Origin: Eledone cirrhosa | Taxonomy: Eukaryota | Reading direction: 5' to 3' | DNA: 64,000 nucleotides | NCBI GenBank assembly: GCA_964016885.1 | Contig: OZ024740.1 | Coordinates: 303,800,001-303,864,000, forward strand | In this document: positions 25,249-38,950 of the stretch, piece by piece | Layout: each line of letters starts with the position of its first letter | Position numbering within the stretch: position 1 is the first letter of the stretch | Position numbers and translations under genes: made by a program | Notes under the pieces: generated by a model | The model's database searches: none | What the model saw: only the letters and a program-made list of their open reading frames with translations | What the model was told of the DNA's origin: nothing

Positions 25249-25909
25249 AGTTAATATAAATTAATATATGATAAACACAAAAGTGTTTGTATTGTAAAAG
25301 ACGAAGTTAGCTAGAATGAAATAAACTAATTCAAATAAATATATATAGTTTGCCTGTCTCGATTTAAAATAATAAATCAATAAAAACAAACCCATATTGG
25401 CAAATAGCCGTGATACCTGGACAAATTTAAATTTTAAAATCCAAACCTGTTCCGTATAAACGGGTGTTATTTCTAGCGCCATGAATATGAGATAGCTAGT
25501 GAGCTGGAAAACCTCGTGCAAAACCTCGTGCGTTTGCGCTAGTGAACCAGACCTCCTAAATTATTTCTCCTAAATTATTTCGAGGTGAAACATCCTAATT
25601 TTTCTGGATACCTGTTGAGAAGCACAGAAAATTGGAATATTTCACTTTTTATACTATCGTTGCGAAACTTATTTGGGTTTTGAAATTCAAATTTATCTGC
25701 GGAACAGGTTTGGATTTTAAAATTTAAATTTGTCCAGGTATCACGGTTATTTGCCAATATGGGTTTGTTTTTATTGATTTATTATTTTAAATCGAGACAG
25801 GAAAACTATATATATTTATTTGAATTAGTTTATTTCATTCTAGCAAACTTCGTCTTTTACAATACAAACACTTTTGTGTTTATCATATATTAATTTATAT
25901 TAACTTGTA
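25245..25909. repeat. Fold-back cassette: about 210-bp inverted arms, about 245-bp spacer
   Basis: tacaagttaatataaa...ccaaacctgttccg versus cggaacaggtttgg...tttatattaacttgta. Confidence 0.9.
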
Positions 25910-26312
25910 TTTCACGACTCAGAAATGCTTCTTTCTTTGAGATAATTAATTGTAAAGAACTGTTTGAGTTTTTAACTCTAAATATAATATTATATATATA
26001 TATATATATATATAGTAATAATAATAAATGTGAAGACTAAAATATATATATATATATTTTGATAAATATATATGTATATATAATGCCAATGATTGTAAGT
26101 TTGAATCTGGCGTGCAAATACATATATATATCTTATTTTGTTTGACCCGTTTAGCTTGTTCGCTTTTTTGGCTCTGGTGGTTAATGGCTTCGTAACCATC
26201 GTCTCAGTTTGTATGACCTTTTTAACTTATGTTTATAGCTCTGGTATCTTCATATCCATGGAGCGCTTGTCTACACAATACAGAAGTTGCGCCGAAATGC
26301 GATTCTCGCTAA

Positions 26313-26376
<64 letters not shown>

Positions 26377-26384
<8 letters not shown>

Positions 26385-26717
26385 AGATCAAAAGATGGTT
26401 AAAGGAGTTCCATGTATTTTATTATGCGCATTTCAAAAACAAACATCATCATGCAATAATATTTGTGTTTTCATCAGATAAAACAGGAGAACATGATATG
26501 AAGGCTAAAAAACACTTGTGGATAGTGGAGTTTTAAATCAACAAATCATATGTTGATTTAAAACTGCACCATCCACAAGTGTTTTTTAGCCTTCATATCA
26601 TGTTCTCCTGTTTTATCTGATGAAAACACAAATATTATTGCATGATGATGTTTGTTTTTGAAATGCGCATAATAAAATACATGGAACTCCTTTAACCATC
26701 TTTTGATCTTATATTAT
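26377..26717. repeat. Near-perfect palindrome: about 167-bp arms, 7-nt loop
   Basis: ataatataagatcaaaag...aaatcaaca | aatcata | tgttgattt...cttttgatcttatattat. Confidence 0.92.
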
Positions 26718-26800
26718 GTATACTCCAGTCCTACAAACTGTAGAGTGCTTCTTATCCGATATCTGCATTGCTTTATTGTACTACAATAAAACTCACCTCC

Positions 26801-26851
<51 letters not shown>

Positions 26852-26960
26852 TTAATATAGATGAGATTCTACAGGACTCATCTATATTAAAACTGTTATA
26901 CTCTGCTATGTATTGAGTACCTTACTTACTGTGGTTACCTCCGATTCAACCCGAAATAAC

Positions 26961-27017
<57 letters not shown>

Positions 27018-27099
27018 TAAAGTAAGTCCAAATCATAGTAGATTCAAATATCAGAGAGAGAAAGAGAGTGGGGAGGGGGAGAAATGAGGTGCGACAGTA

Positions 27100-27670
27100 A
27101 TGAAACATGGATTACAGCTTAAAATATAGTCTAGATAAATGAGAAACAAAACGAGGATGTAGTTTATGGAACACTCAAATGATTTAGAAGTCGACCTTAA
27201 GTAGGAGCAATAATTATTAAGAAAGTTATGAACGACAGCACATCATTTTGTTTTTAACAGTTTTTAAGTAGCTTTATAAGTATGAAACTTTAGTAGTTTT
27301 TTTTTTTTGTAGCTGTCTCAGTGGCCTAGCAGCAGGTACTAGAGACGGTGGAGATCCTGGTCTTGGGTTCAATCCTGGTCGAGAGGTACATGTAGTCATT
27401 TTCAGTTTTTATTTTACATATAGAAAAAAACTAAAGAGGTTTACCGGAAACCCTACTGCCGACCAAGATCACCACCGACTATGATTCCTCCAACTAGGGC
27501 GCCGAGACAGCTACAAAAGTATAATGAAAATTAATAATTATAAACCTACTTTCAAAATCAAAGTTTAAAAGTTGTGGTGTCGTTCATGGCTTTCCTAAAG
27601 CTATTAGTCATATTTAGCGTTGACTTGTCAATCTTCTGGCTCTTTGGTAACAATCTTATTATTCCCATGT
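27100..27670. repeat. Imperfect rod-like inverted repeat with tRNA-like A/B boxes in the left arm
   Basis: Paired blocks gaaagttatgaacgaca/tgtcgttcatggctttc, gtagctgtctc/gagacagctac, ggtggagatcctggtc/gaccaagatcaccacc; ggttcaatcc at 27366. Confidence 0.65.
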
Positions 27671-27714
27671 GAGTTTAAATGTTGAATTAATTAATTTGAT
27701 TATTTTAACAAACA

Positions 27715-27782
<68 letters not shown>

Positions 27783-28392
27783 AGTGAGTGTGAAAGACAC
27801 CAAAGGTCATTATTGAAAGTCTTTGGATTTCGCAAAATACATATTTCTTATTGGAGAAAGTAAGATATTTTTCCGCAAAAATTTGATTGCACTGTTTTGT
27901 TTCCACTTATGTATTTTTTTTAAATATTATTTATTCATTATAAAAATTAAATGATAGCATTCTATATGTAGGTGTGCCCCCTTCATCTCCTGGCAACCAA
28001 TATTTTTAGACCCAGTCCGCCACTACACACAAGTATAAATATATTCACACAAACACTCATATACTCGCACACTTACACTCACACAAGTGATATAAACACT
28101 AATACAATAATTGTTTCTACTTTTTGGCACAAGGCCAGCAAATACCCAGTGCATTACTGGTACTTTATTTTATCGACCCCGTAAGGATGAAAGGCAAAGT
28201 TAACCTCGGCGGGATTTGAACTCAGAATGGCAAAGGCCGTAACTCTAAATAGCCAATGTGTGTAGCCAATTCACTACATATACACACACGAGTGTAACGA
28301 ATCTTAGAACGCTGGTCTCTGTTTTCTATAGTTTATCACCAGCCCCCTCCTTCCCCAGTCATATCCCTTTCAGTGCATGACGCATATATATA

Positions 28393-28792
28393 TCTTATAT
28401 ATAAAGTGAAGTTGGGCGTTGTTTGGTGTACCGAACTTGCATGCTACACCGTTCATCCAATTTTCATGAAACCTCACACATATATAAAACTCAACGCGTA
28501 GAGTGGAATAGGCTACTTGAAAATTTCGAAAAATCGATAATCGGGACCCCAGAAGCCAAAAATCGATATTTTCAAAAATCGATGAAACTCGACGCAAGTG
28601 TGTATTTTGATCCGGGGATAAACGTGCGCTACATTAAATTTTCGAAAAATCGATAATTGGATCACCAGAGGCAAAAATCAGGACAACTCTAACTTACTCT
28701 CTTTCCCTCTCTTCCACCTCACTGGCGCAGCCAAAACCTCCTGCCTGCTGATAAAATACATACATAGATAAACACACACATATATAGTTATG

Positions 28793-28824
<32 letters not shown>

Positions 28825-28851
28825 TATATGTGTGTATATATATGTGTGTGT

Positions 28852-28899
<48 letters not shown>

Positions 28900-30129
28900 A
28901 TGTCGTCCCACTGCATCGTCATGCCTCACCATGCCGCATCCATGCTCTGTCAGCCACCATGCCCTCCCCTACCCTCTCCCTTACCCGCACGACTTGGTCC
29001 TTCACGAGTGCCATGGTTTACCATGCGGAATCCCTGCAACCGTCAATCCCGGCCATCTCCCTTCCCTGCACGCTGTCGTCCCACTGCATCGTCATGCATC
29101 ACCATGCCGCATCAATGCTCTGTCAGCCGCCATCCCCTCCTTGGCCCTTTCTTTTTCCTGCCCGCAGTGCTCCTTCAAGACTGCCATGGATCACCATGCG
29201 GCATCCTTGCCACCGTCCACCCCTGCCCTCTCCCTTGCCTGCTGGCCGTCGCCCCACTACATCTTCATGCCTCAGGATGCCGCCTCCATGCACTGTCAGC
29301 CACCATCCCATCCTCGGCCCTTTCTTTTGCCTGACCGCCGTGCTCCTTCAAGACTCCCATGGCTATCTATGCCGCATCAATTCCTTGCCACCCGCTTAAA
29401 CGTCATCAGTATGGCTTATTGTTGCCTCATTTGATCACCGATGTTCGCAGGCTAAACACAATACCAGCGTGTACGATAGTCCATGGTAAATCTTTTTAAT
29501 TACATGTTCTTGAGGCTGTTGCAAAGGGCAATAACCCTAGACGCAATTTTGATCAACTTTTTTTCACATATAGCAAATTTACCGGGACAGGTCTTTAGCT
29601 ACTCAAATCTACTTCAGAGGTCACGCGTTCATGTAAAAAATCAATAAAACTGAAGCGGGGGTTCGACTTTGCGCAAAAAACAAGGCAAAGTTGCAGATGG
29701 GATAATTTTTTACAGGAACGTCCGATTTTCGTGAAAACTGTCACAAATGAATCGTCCATTAGGCCACGATTCAGATAAAGTCCCTTTTATTTCTTCTTCT
29801 GCACATGTGAGCGCCAAAATTGTAAAAAAAAAAAAAAATATTTGAAAAAATCGACTTTTTCACCCTGCTTTAAAAATCAACTGAAAATTCAATTTCAAGT
29901 GAATTTGACTTCCGTCAGTCTTGCAAAGAACTATTTCAACGATACACTCTGAACCTACAATTGATCCATTATTTATGCTCAATTACACACCTGCGTATAC
30001 TAACCTCTGTTTTTTTCCTTGAGGTTCGAAGGTTTTTGTACCTGTGATGCGCGGGAAGTAACTTTCAAACATTTTAACAACAGACCAAAGTTCGACTTAC
30101 ACCCGGGCAACGCCGGGTACGTCTGCTAG
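28393..30129 (+). mobile_element. Non-autonomous Helitron with internal microsatellite and GC-rich about 170-bp degenerate triplication (28900-29400)
   Basis: 5' TCttatatataaa; 3' hairpin cccgggcaacgccggg then CTAG; inserted between A and T. Confidence 0.8.
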
Positions 30130-30513
30130 TATATATATAAATATACACACATTCGCTATTATTAGAGTTACGGTCCTTTATAGTCTGAGTTCAAATCCTG
30201 CCGAGGTTAACTTTGCTTTTCATCCTTACGGGGTCGATAAAATAAAGTACCAGTAATACACTGGGATAATTGCTGGCCTTGTGCCAATAGTAGAAACAAT
30301 TATTATAGTTGATATTGGATTGGCAGTATCGGTAGAGCGTCGGACACTATACTTTGGTGCATAGACTTATGGCCCTTTGCGTTTTGAGTTCAAATCCACC
30401 CGATCTTAGCTTTGCCTTTCATCCTTATGGGGTCGATAAAATAAAGCATCAGTAAATCACTGGGGTAATTGCTGGTCTTGTGCCAAAAGTAGAAACAATT
30501 ATTATAGTTGATA

Positions 30514-31036
30514 CTAGCTGAGGTACCCGGCTTCGCCCGGGAGAACAGAGAAAACGAATGTATTAGATATGTTGTCTGTATGAGGTGTGACTATAATATA
30601 TATGTGTGTGAGAGAGAGACATAAAAAAAACAATCATAAAACATCCTTATTAGGCTGGGAGAGTAAACTGCCGATTAAATGGTAGCATTGGCCTTGGATT
30701 TTAAATGTCGTGAAATAACCATAGTCAGTATGATTTTTTTCAGCTCCAAAGGACGTCATCTGAAACACAGCAATATACCGCATAACATTGCTTCTGAAGT
30801 GTTTGTTTTTTTTTGTTCTGTTTTGTGTTTTTTTTCGTTAGTATGGTCTGTAAGTAGTATATGGATAAAATCTGGAAGGTAGATTAATTTCAGATAGTAT
30901 CACTTTTCTTTGTTCTGTAAAATCAAAGACTAAAATGACTTTATAAAAAAGCTAACGCAATATTGTTAAACCTTCCTATAGATCAAAGGATCTATAGTTT
31001 AAGCCGTTTCTAGACTTTCGTGGGACGTTACTTACT

Positions 31037-31068
<32 letters not shown>

Positions 31069-31298
31069 CTCTCTCTGAATATCTATACTCTAATTGTATC
31101 TCTGTCTGTATAACGGCCTATCCCTTTCTTTCTGTCTCTCCCTCTGTGCCTCTCTCTCTTTTTATATGTGTGTGTATATATTTTTGTGTGCGTGTGTGTG
31201 TGTGGGTGTGTGTGTGCGTGTGTGTGTGTGTGTGTAGTTTTCGCGTGATTCAACCAGCCAGCCAACCAATAAACCTCTCTCTTTTATATATGTATAGA
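30514..31298 (-). mobile_element. Non-autonomous Helitron
   Basis: - strand 5' TCtatacatatataaaa; 3' hairpin cccgggcgaagccggg then CTAG. Confidence 0.75.
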
Positions 31299-32764
31299 TT
31301 TCCCATACATGTAATAAACTAAAATAACTTCTTTATAAAATGTTGGATAAACTTTATATATCACCATGGTTACACGTCTGGAGTTGTCTCCATAGCTACC
31401 ACTGATCAGATACTCTCCCACCATATATAATATCATTTTTATTTGCTTCATTGGAATTTGAGTTCTCTCCTTTGTCCGTTGTGGAAATTTTCTTTTTCTT
31501 TCTTTTTTTTTTTTTTTCGAACGCTAATGAATTTTCTTCTCGTTACAATTATCATCTCAATTGATTAAACATTTTGGTTTCGAATCACTGAGTCCAAAAT
31601 ATGGCAGTCTATCAGTATGTGTGAGCGTGAGTGTATGAGTACGTGTGTGCACCTGTGTGTGTGAGAGAGTGTGTGTGTGTATATACATCTATGTCAATGT
31701 GAGTGTATGTGTGTGCGTGTGTGTGTTAGCGTGTGTGTGTATATGTGTATATATATATATGTGTGTGTGTTGAAAACATGTCTCGCTATACAAATATCTG
31801 AAATCATCCTTTTAGGTGACTTCAATTTACCGAATACATCATAACTTTCACTCCTCTCCTGTCTATACTGCTGGTCCTAAAGTCAAATCATTTCTGAACT
31901 ATCTTCACGTTCGTATTTCTGATAGACCAAAACTCCAAATACATATACACTAACTCAACAACCACAAACACATTCTCTCGGGTCTCAAATAATCCCCCCA
32001 CAACCACGAGATATTTTAACCCCATGCCCATAGTATCGAAGCTGCGATCTCTCAATTCGGAGAAGTAGCGACTCTACCTCGAGTGACTCTCTGATCTCTG
32101 AGCTAGGCACTCAATCGAATAACGTTACTCAAAAGACCCCATTTCAGCCGCTTGTATTCGCGATCGTATCCTTTCGGTCATTACCCAAGATTCATGACCG
32201 AATTGCAGATAGCGAGTTCAGCTTTTACACCTACCTCCTTTCTTCTAATTACCGAATGCTGAAGGTAGTGCATTACTGCACCAGCTCCTGCAATTCTTGC
32301 ACTTAGTTTAGTAAATGTCCATTTTAAATATTTCTCATTTTAATCATGAATTTAATAATGGATTATGAATAAGAAACTGAGGGAAAGTATTGATTTTTAT
32401 TTCCATTAGCATTTGTGATTTCCATTCTGCACTCGTGTACTTTCAACAATCATGCTTTACGGGTTACATTTAGTTTTTATTGAAATATATATATTTTAAA
32501 TTTTATTAGTTACCTTATTAGGTATAATAGAATTTAAAGCTTTTTGCGACCAATGGCAGAAAAAAAATACGGAACCTCGTTATGTCGTCTGCCGAAGCAA
32601 TTGGGTCGACAGTAAAACCCTGAAGGTATTTTAGACCTAGTTTCCTTGTTTATTATTTCACCGTCTAATAAAGGGATAAATAAATCTTAAGAGATAATAA
32701 TCTACTGTTTCTTTTCTTTTTTTAATCCTCGTATTTTCAGCAATTCAGCTGTTCTGGGGGGTTT

Positions 32765-32935
32765 ACTATCTATTACTAGCTTTAACAATAATATTTCATA
32801 TGTCTCTTGTTTTATATTATCTATTACTAGCTTTAACTATAATATTCCACAAGAGTCTTGTCTTGTACTATCTATTACTAGCGTTAGCAATAATATTTTA
32901 TAAGTGTCTTGTTTATAATATCTATTACTAGTTTT
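32765..32935. repeat. About 53-bp minisatellite, about 3.3 copies
   Basis: tctattactag recurs at about 32769, 32820, 32871, 32921. Confidence 0.75.
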
Positions 32936-32946
32936 CACAATGGCTG

Positions 32947-33688
32947 TGTAACGGAATTCTCCTATAAATTACTCGGCGATGATTCGAAATCGAATCTAAG
33001 AGTTCTCGCATCTGAGACCACCCATTATAGGGAATTTCCCACGATTGTCCTGTCAAGAAACAGGATGATAAACGTACATACCATTTGACCTGTGACCTCA
33101 GCTGTCTGAGAGACAATATCCACTGGCTGATCATAAATCAACCTCATATACACATCCTTCTAACTATAATGTATAGTATAAATACAAGGACTTTAGGTAC
33201 CCAGGAAAAAGAGTGATAACACAAACTCGAAGCAGCAGTCAGTGAGTGATAACGATGTAGGCCTTTTACCTTTTCTCTCTCCCGGCCCTTACTAGTTCTC
33301 ACCTTATCGGCCACAGACACAGCCAGCCATGTCTGCCTGACAGATTGACCACTACTACTGCAACAATAATGTATTCTAAGAATAGGCACACACACATAGT
33401 AAGTTCATATTGTTTACATTCTACGCTCATTCTATTCTCCAGTCTTGTTATATTGTATCTGTAAGATACAACACAACTTTTACTATATCGTTTTCTGTGA
33501 TACATGCATTCACGCTAGCTCGTAGTAGCTAGCCAGTATTTAATGTAGGGATAATTCATGTCATAAATATTATTACTCGATGTTCAAAGTGAATATTGTT
33601 GTTATAAAATAAACGTTGTAAACAACTCAATCATGGCATTATTCTTTTCATCAAACACCCATCAAAAGAATATCACTTATCCACTACA
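32947..33688 (+). mobile_element. Solo LTR (742 bp)
   Basis: TGTAACGG...CCACTACA termini, 4-bp TSD gctg on both sides, tataaata near 33177, aataaa near 33608. Confidence 0.75.
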
Positions 33689-34278
33689 GCTGTTTAGAAT
33701 TTTAGTATTTGCTACAATTATTCTCGAAATTTTGTTACGATTTTAAAATTACAATTCATTATAATTATGGTCATTACTATTATCATTGCTGTCGCGTGTG
33801 TTCAAATCCCGTCGAGGTTTACTTTGCCTTTCATCCTTACGGGGTCGATAAAATAAAGTATCAGTAATGCTCTGGGGTCATCTGGTTTATTTCCCCACCC
33901 CTAAAATTCTTCGCCTTGTGCCTAAATCAGAAATCATTATCATTGTTGACGCAATTGTTTTATCAGTTTAGGTGCATGCAGATGCGTCTGGTATGTTTTC
34001 AGCTATCTACCAGTAAGTTGTTTTTTTATGAATTTTTATCAAATACGGTTTCTGATTTAAGCACAAGGCCAACACTTTTTTTTTGGGGGGGGGGTTCAAT
34101 TAAATCGAATCCAGTGCATTACTGATACTTTATTTTATCGACCCTGTAAGGATGAAAGGCGAAGCTAACCTGGGTGGGATTTGAACTCAGAACGTAAAGA
34201 ACCTATGTCGCAAAGCGTCTTGTCCGACGCCCTACCGATACTGCCAATCCGCCATTTCACCACAATGTTTATTAATAA

Positions 34279-34417
34279 CTAGCAGAATGGCCCGGCGTTG
34301 CTCGGGATTTGCTCTAGGGTTCTTATATATTTGATATATATTTATCCTTATCGAGCCTCGTGAAATAAATACGTTTGTTTATGTTTTGTTATTGTGTATG
34401 CAAAAATATCTGTACAC

Positions 34418-34484
<67 letters not shown>

Positions 34485-35128
34485 TAACAGATTAAAGTTT
34501 AAGCAAAGAATCGCTGCTTTCACCCTTAGCGGGATCTTCTGAAACTAAAAAAAACAATCTGTGAACGTCGAAATGTTTTTGTGTATGCAAAAATATCTGT
34601 ACACGAATATCTATATTAAAATAACAGATTAAAGTTTAAGCAAAGCATCGCTGCTTTCACCCTTAACGGGATGTTGTGAAACTAAAAAAATCAATCTGTG
34701 AACGCAGATGTAAAAATATTTCGAAAAACGTTGCAACCGAAGGAAAACAGGAAGACGATACTTTGGTTCGTGAAGACGTTCCCTGGCATAAGAATATATA
34801 TATATATACACACACAATATACACACACACACACTGATCGCATCATAATGACGAAATGCAAACAGTCAGGCATACTGACAGATATTATAAGGGTGCGACG
34901 TTATATCCATGTATCTATCTAAAAAGAGAAAAACTAAGAATTATAGAGAGATATCGCTAAATTGCCTAATGCAGTCCCTAGGGCCATAAAAATTTGAATT
35001 TTTTGGCTCAAAACACTCACGGGACCATAAGTATTACATGTGTAAAGTTTGAAAAAACTCGGTTGGGTGGTTCTCGAGTTTTAGTGATTGGACAGACAGA
35101 CAGACATTCTCTGTTTTAGTAATATAGA
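34279..35128 (-). mobile_element. Non-autonomous Helitron
   Basis: - strand 5' TCtatattactaaaa; 3' hairpin cccgagcaacgccggg then CTAG. Confidence 0.75.
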
Positions 35129-35179
35129 TAATAATAAATGTTTTATCGGTCTGAAGGAAGACCCTGTGTCCATGGATTT

Positions 35180-38100
35180 CGCGGACCATCAAAAACCAGT
35201 GAGATCTGCAGGGTTAATGTGTTATCTTGAACGGTTGCCAATCTACATCTGCGGGAAAATACGTCTTCTAGGCGGATTATACACTGTGTCTAATGCTGTA
35301 TCTATGAGAGGTGACATACACAATATGTGTGAGTCAGGCGTGCTTGAGCAGGATGAAACAACTAGCTCAGAGAAGCAGAAGACCCTATAGCAGCGATAGA
35401 AAAGGCAGAGGAGACAACATGTTTGTAGGACAGATATTAAAGTGTGTTGGTGAACGACTTCATAAAAACCAGTCATGTGACTTTTTATGTGGTCGAGCTT
35501 GTCCCACGTGTGAGAGTGGTATTCTATTGTAAGTTTTACCTGAGCTTTGTGAAGTAGTTTGGGGGTCTGAGGTATTTTTCTGGCTCTGAAAAAGAAGGCC
35601 AGTCTTTGTGGTAAAGTCTTTGCTTCGTTGAGGATGTGCATTCGCCAGGAAAGATCCTCATTTGTAGTAACCTTGAGGGTTCTAGTTGCATGCTGTTCGT
35701 GTTTAAGATGTGATCATGTTTTCTTTATGTGTGTAGTGATTGTGACTTTATGATGTTGAAGGAAACAAGATCGATATAACTTCATTTAAGTATGCTTCCT
35801 TGGCTTCTGTTCGTGGATTCAGTGCAGGTTCGGTGTAAGATGTATAACAAAACACTGGTGTGTATGAATATAACAAAAGTCTCAGTTGTGTGTATAAAGT
35901 TTAATTAACAAGTTGAAGTTATGTAGAATAGTATAGTTGACATGTCCATGAGTAGATGAAAGAATGAAGTAAAGTTATTTGTTACCGTTTTGAAGTTAGC
36001 TCGCAAGAGACCATGTTAGGGTTGCCAGGCGAACGCGCCTGGCCGAAGACGCCAGGCCGAAGGGCCAAGCAGGTTAGAAGAGGGCAAATGAGAGGGAGAG
36101 AGCTGAAAGTTATTCCCTTTATAGGGTCCCAGAACGGAAGTGACAGAAAGGGTTCTGCCACCCCAACGGGAAGTAACTCCAGCTACTTCCTGTCTAGAGA
36201 TCGGTGATGTGATTGTCATAACAAGGGAGGCAACTCTTGCTACATTATCTCCCGCCAGATTTTTAAAATATAAAAATCGAATGAACCATGTATGGAGTAA
36301 GATGGCGAGCATGTAACACCAAAGTCCAGGCATGAAAATTACGAAAAAAATTATGTTTGCAATAAAAGGAAAACAGCAAAATATATGCATGCAAAAATCA
36401 ATGATAGATATCAAGGTAGCCAACCGCTCTTGGTCAGAGAGCGACTGGACATCTATCTATCCATCACTCAAAGATACAATGTAATCAAAGTAAAAGAAGA
36501 GGTCAAAGTTCAAATGTTCAAAATTCAGTTCACAAGTGTGCAATCACATGACAGCAGGAAAGAAAGTGTGTCATCCAGAGAATGTATGCAGGTGGTCGGT
36601 AGACTGTGGTACAACGTGAAAATCGGTGGGATTTTCTCACAGGAAGAGTGCTGCAAAAATATATTCTCTGTTTTGTTCTGCTGGTTTTGGTTGTTGATGT
36701 TGTTGTCTCGCGGAGTGAGCGTATTCGATGTTTCCGTTCACAGTGAAATCTTTCCCAGAAAAAATGAGTTGCGCAAAGTGCTAGAAATAACAGCCACAGT
36801 TGATGGTCGATGTTGAGAATGCGTTGACCTGGAAGGGTCAAGAGGCCAGCAACCAAAGAAATAAGCATTCTGAATAAATGCGCAGTTTTCAACGGCAAAT
36901 TTACGAGGTAAATTTTTAAACCGGCAAATAGGAGAATATAGCTTAAGGCTGGAGAATCCTTGGCAAGAAACATTATCTATGGCGTGTGTTATCTCGGTGA
37001 GTCGAGATGTGTGCTCCCCACACGTGCCGAAACAAGGTTAAAGTCAAGTTGAAAAAAAAATATTTCTATTGCGCGAGAAAATGGCGCGAAAATGATAGTG
37101 CAACAGGTCGTTGGCAGCCATTTTGAAAAATTTGTGTGTGAACGTGATAATATGATAAAAAAGAAAGAAAGGCTTCACTTGGTATAACAAATATGGCGAG
37201 TTCGATTTTTTTTGTGAACGATGAAAAAAAGCTTGGTGGAAAGAATAAGCAATAGTTGAGATTCAGCAAAAATAAATGTTCATGTTGAAATGTGTAAAAA
37301 AAATAATATTTATTTATTTATTTATTTTTTAAAGTGTTCGTTGTAAGAAGAAATGAAAAACATATATATACATCCAGTGGAATGCGACACATAATTCATG
37401 TGCGACACGTGCGTGAAAGGCAAAATTTTCTGTTTATTTTGCTTGCTGAGAAAAAATTTCTTTTTTGATGTTTTCGTTATAAGACAGTGTATGTGGAGAG
37501 AAATCCTTGTCTAAGGAGGTCGGAGGGATTTCTTAGTCCGAAAAAAAAATATCACGTCGGGTGAGAGAAGAAGAGTCTGTCTGAATGAGAATTTCACATG
37601 TGCGTGTGTTCGTTTCTGTGTCTGCGTATTTTTCCTAATTTGTTAATAAAGTTTGCTGCGTATTCGAAATGTTAGTCGACACCTTCCAACGAAAATGGGG
37701 TACTGCTAATTAATTTTTTTATATATATTCACACAACACCAGATCCTATCATTTTTTTCTTTTTTCGGGGTCACCACTTATAACAAAATACTGGTGTGTA
37801 TGAATATAACAAAAGTCTCAGTTGTGTGTATAAAGTTTAATTAACAAGTTGAAGTTATGTAGAATAGTATAGTTGACATGTCCATGAGTAGATGAAAGAA
37901 TGAAGTAAAGTCATTTGTTACCGTTTTGAAGTTAGCTCGCAAGAGACCATGTTAGGGTTGCCAGGCGAACGCGCCTGGCCGAAGACGCCTGGCCGAAGAG
38001 CCAGGCAGGTTAGAAGAGGGCAAATGAGAGGGAGAGAGCTGAAAGTTATTCCCTTTATAGGGTCCCAGAACGGAAGTGACAGAAAGGGTTCTGCCACCCC

Positions 38101-38950
38101 AACGGGAAGTAACTCCAGCTACTTCCTGTCTAGAGATCGGTGATGTGATTGTCATAACAAGAGAGGCAACTCTTGCTACAGATGTATAGATTGTATGTGG
38201 ATGACGCTTAGATACAGAAGGTTGGGAGAAATAAAGGGTGACATCCTATGTGTAAGAATTAACGTTGTTGGGGATGGCGACAAGTAGGCTGTTGATATAT
38301 TAGTGGAAGATTGTGTAGTACAAAACTGAAGCTTGGGCCACAACTGTGTTGATAACGTAAGAAGAAGCTTCAGTGGGACATTCCATAATTGTGCGATCTT
38401 ACATGAAGCCACCGATCAAAACAACGAGAGGTAGACACCTTTTATTTGGAAATCTACGTGTTAGGTACGGTGTAATGCTTTGCTGTACAACAATACTGGT
38501 TTCACTTAATTTCTCTAAGATGACGATCCATTAGTGAGTAACATGAGTAGGTTTTCACTATCTCTGACTTTACAAAATATGTACTTCTAGTCACTAAGGG
38601 TGGAGATTTAATGTGTTAGAGATGATTGTTGTTAACAACTGTATATCTCTTTTGAAATATTGGGAGTACGATAAAATGATAGTTATCAGAATCAGAAAGG
38701 TTGCCTCTTTTTGGAGTGGAACACACCACGGCGTGTATCTAAACATTGAAATATGCATATGGAGAGAAAGCGAAGGATAGGGAGATTAAAGAGATTGATT
38801 ACGATACGGCTAGCTCTGAGATAAATTGTTTTAGGGTAATAGAAAGGACATTGTCAGGGCTGATAGATGTGTCAGTTTGAAGTGACCGGGGTGCTTTCGT
38901 ATTTGGTGTGTATGTAAATGTGATGATGGCGTCTTGTGGAATGGAGAGGG
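35180..38950 (-). mobile_element. Highly decayed LINE (CR1/L2/Jockey group), interrupted by the LTR element at 35843-38180
   Basis: LLHKAQVKLTIEYHSHTWD resembles the LYKAQVRPxLEYCSxxW post-RT motif; flanks join across the TSD. Confidence 0.5.
35843..38180 (-). mobile_element. Second non-autonomous LTR retroelement of the same family, LTRs 35843-36244 and 37779-38180
   Basis: 402-bp direct repeats with about 6 differences, TSD gatg, PBS TGGTGACCCCGA (37765-37776), PPT ggcgggaga; interior homologous to 22100-23400. Confidence 0.92.
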
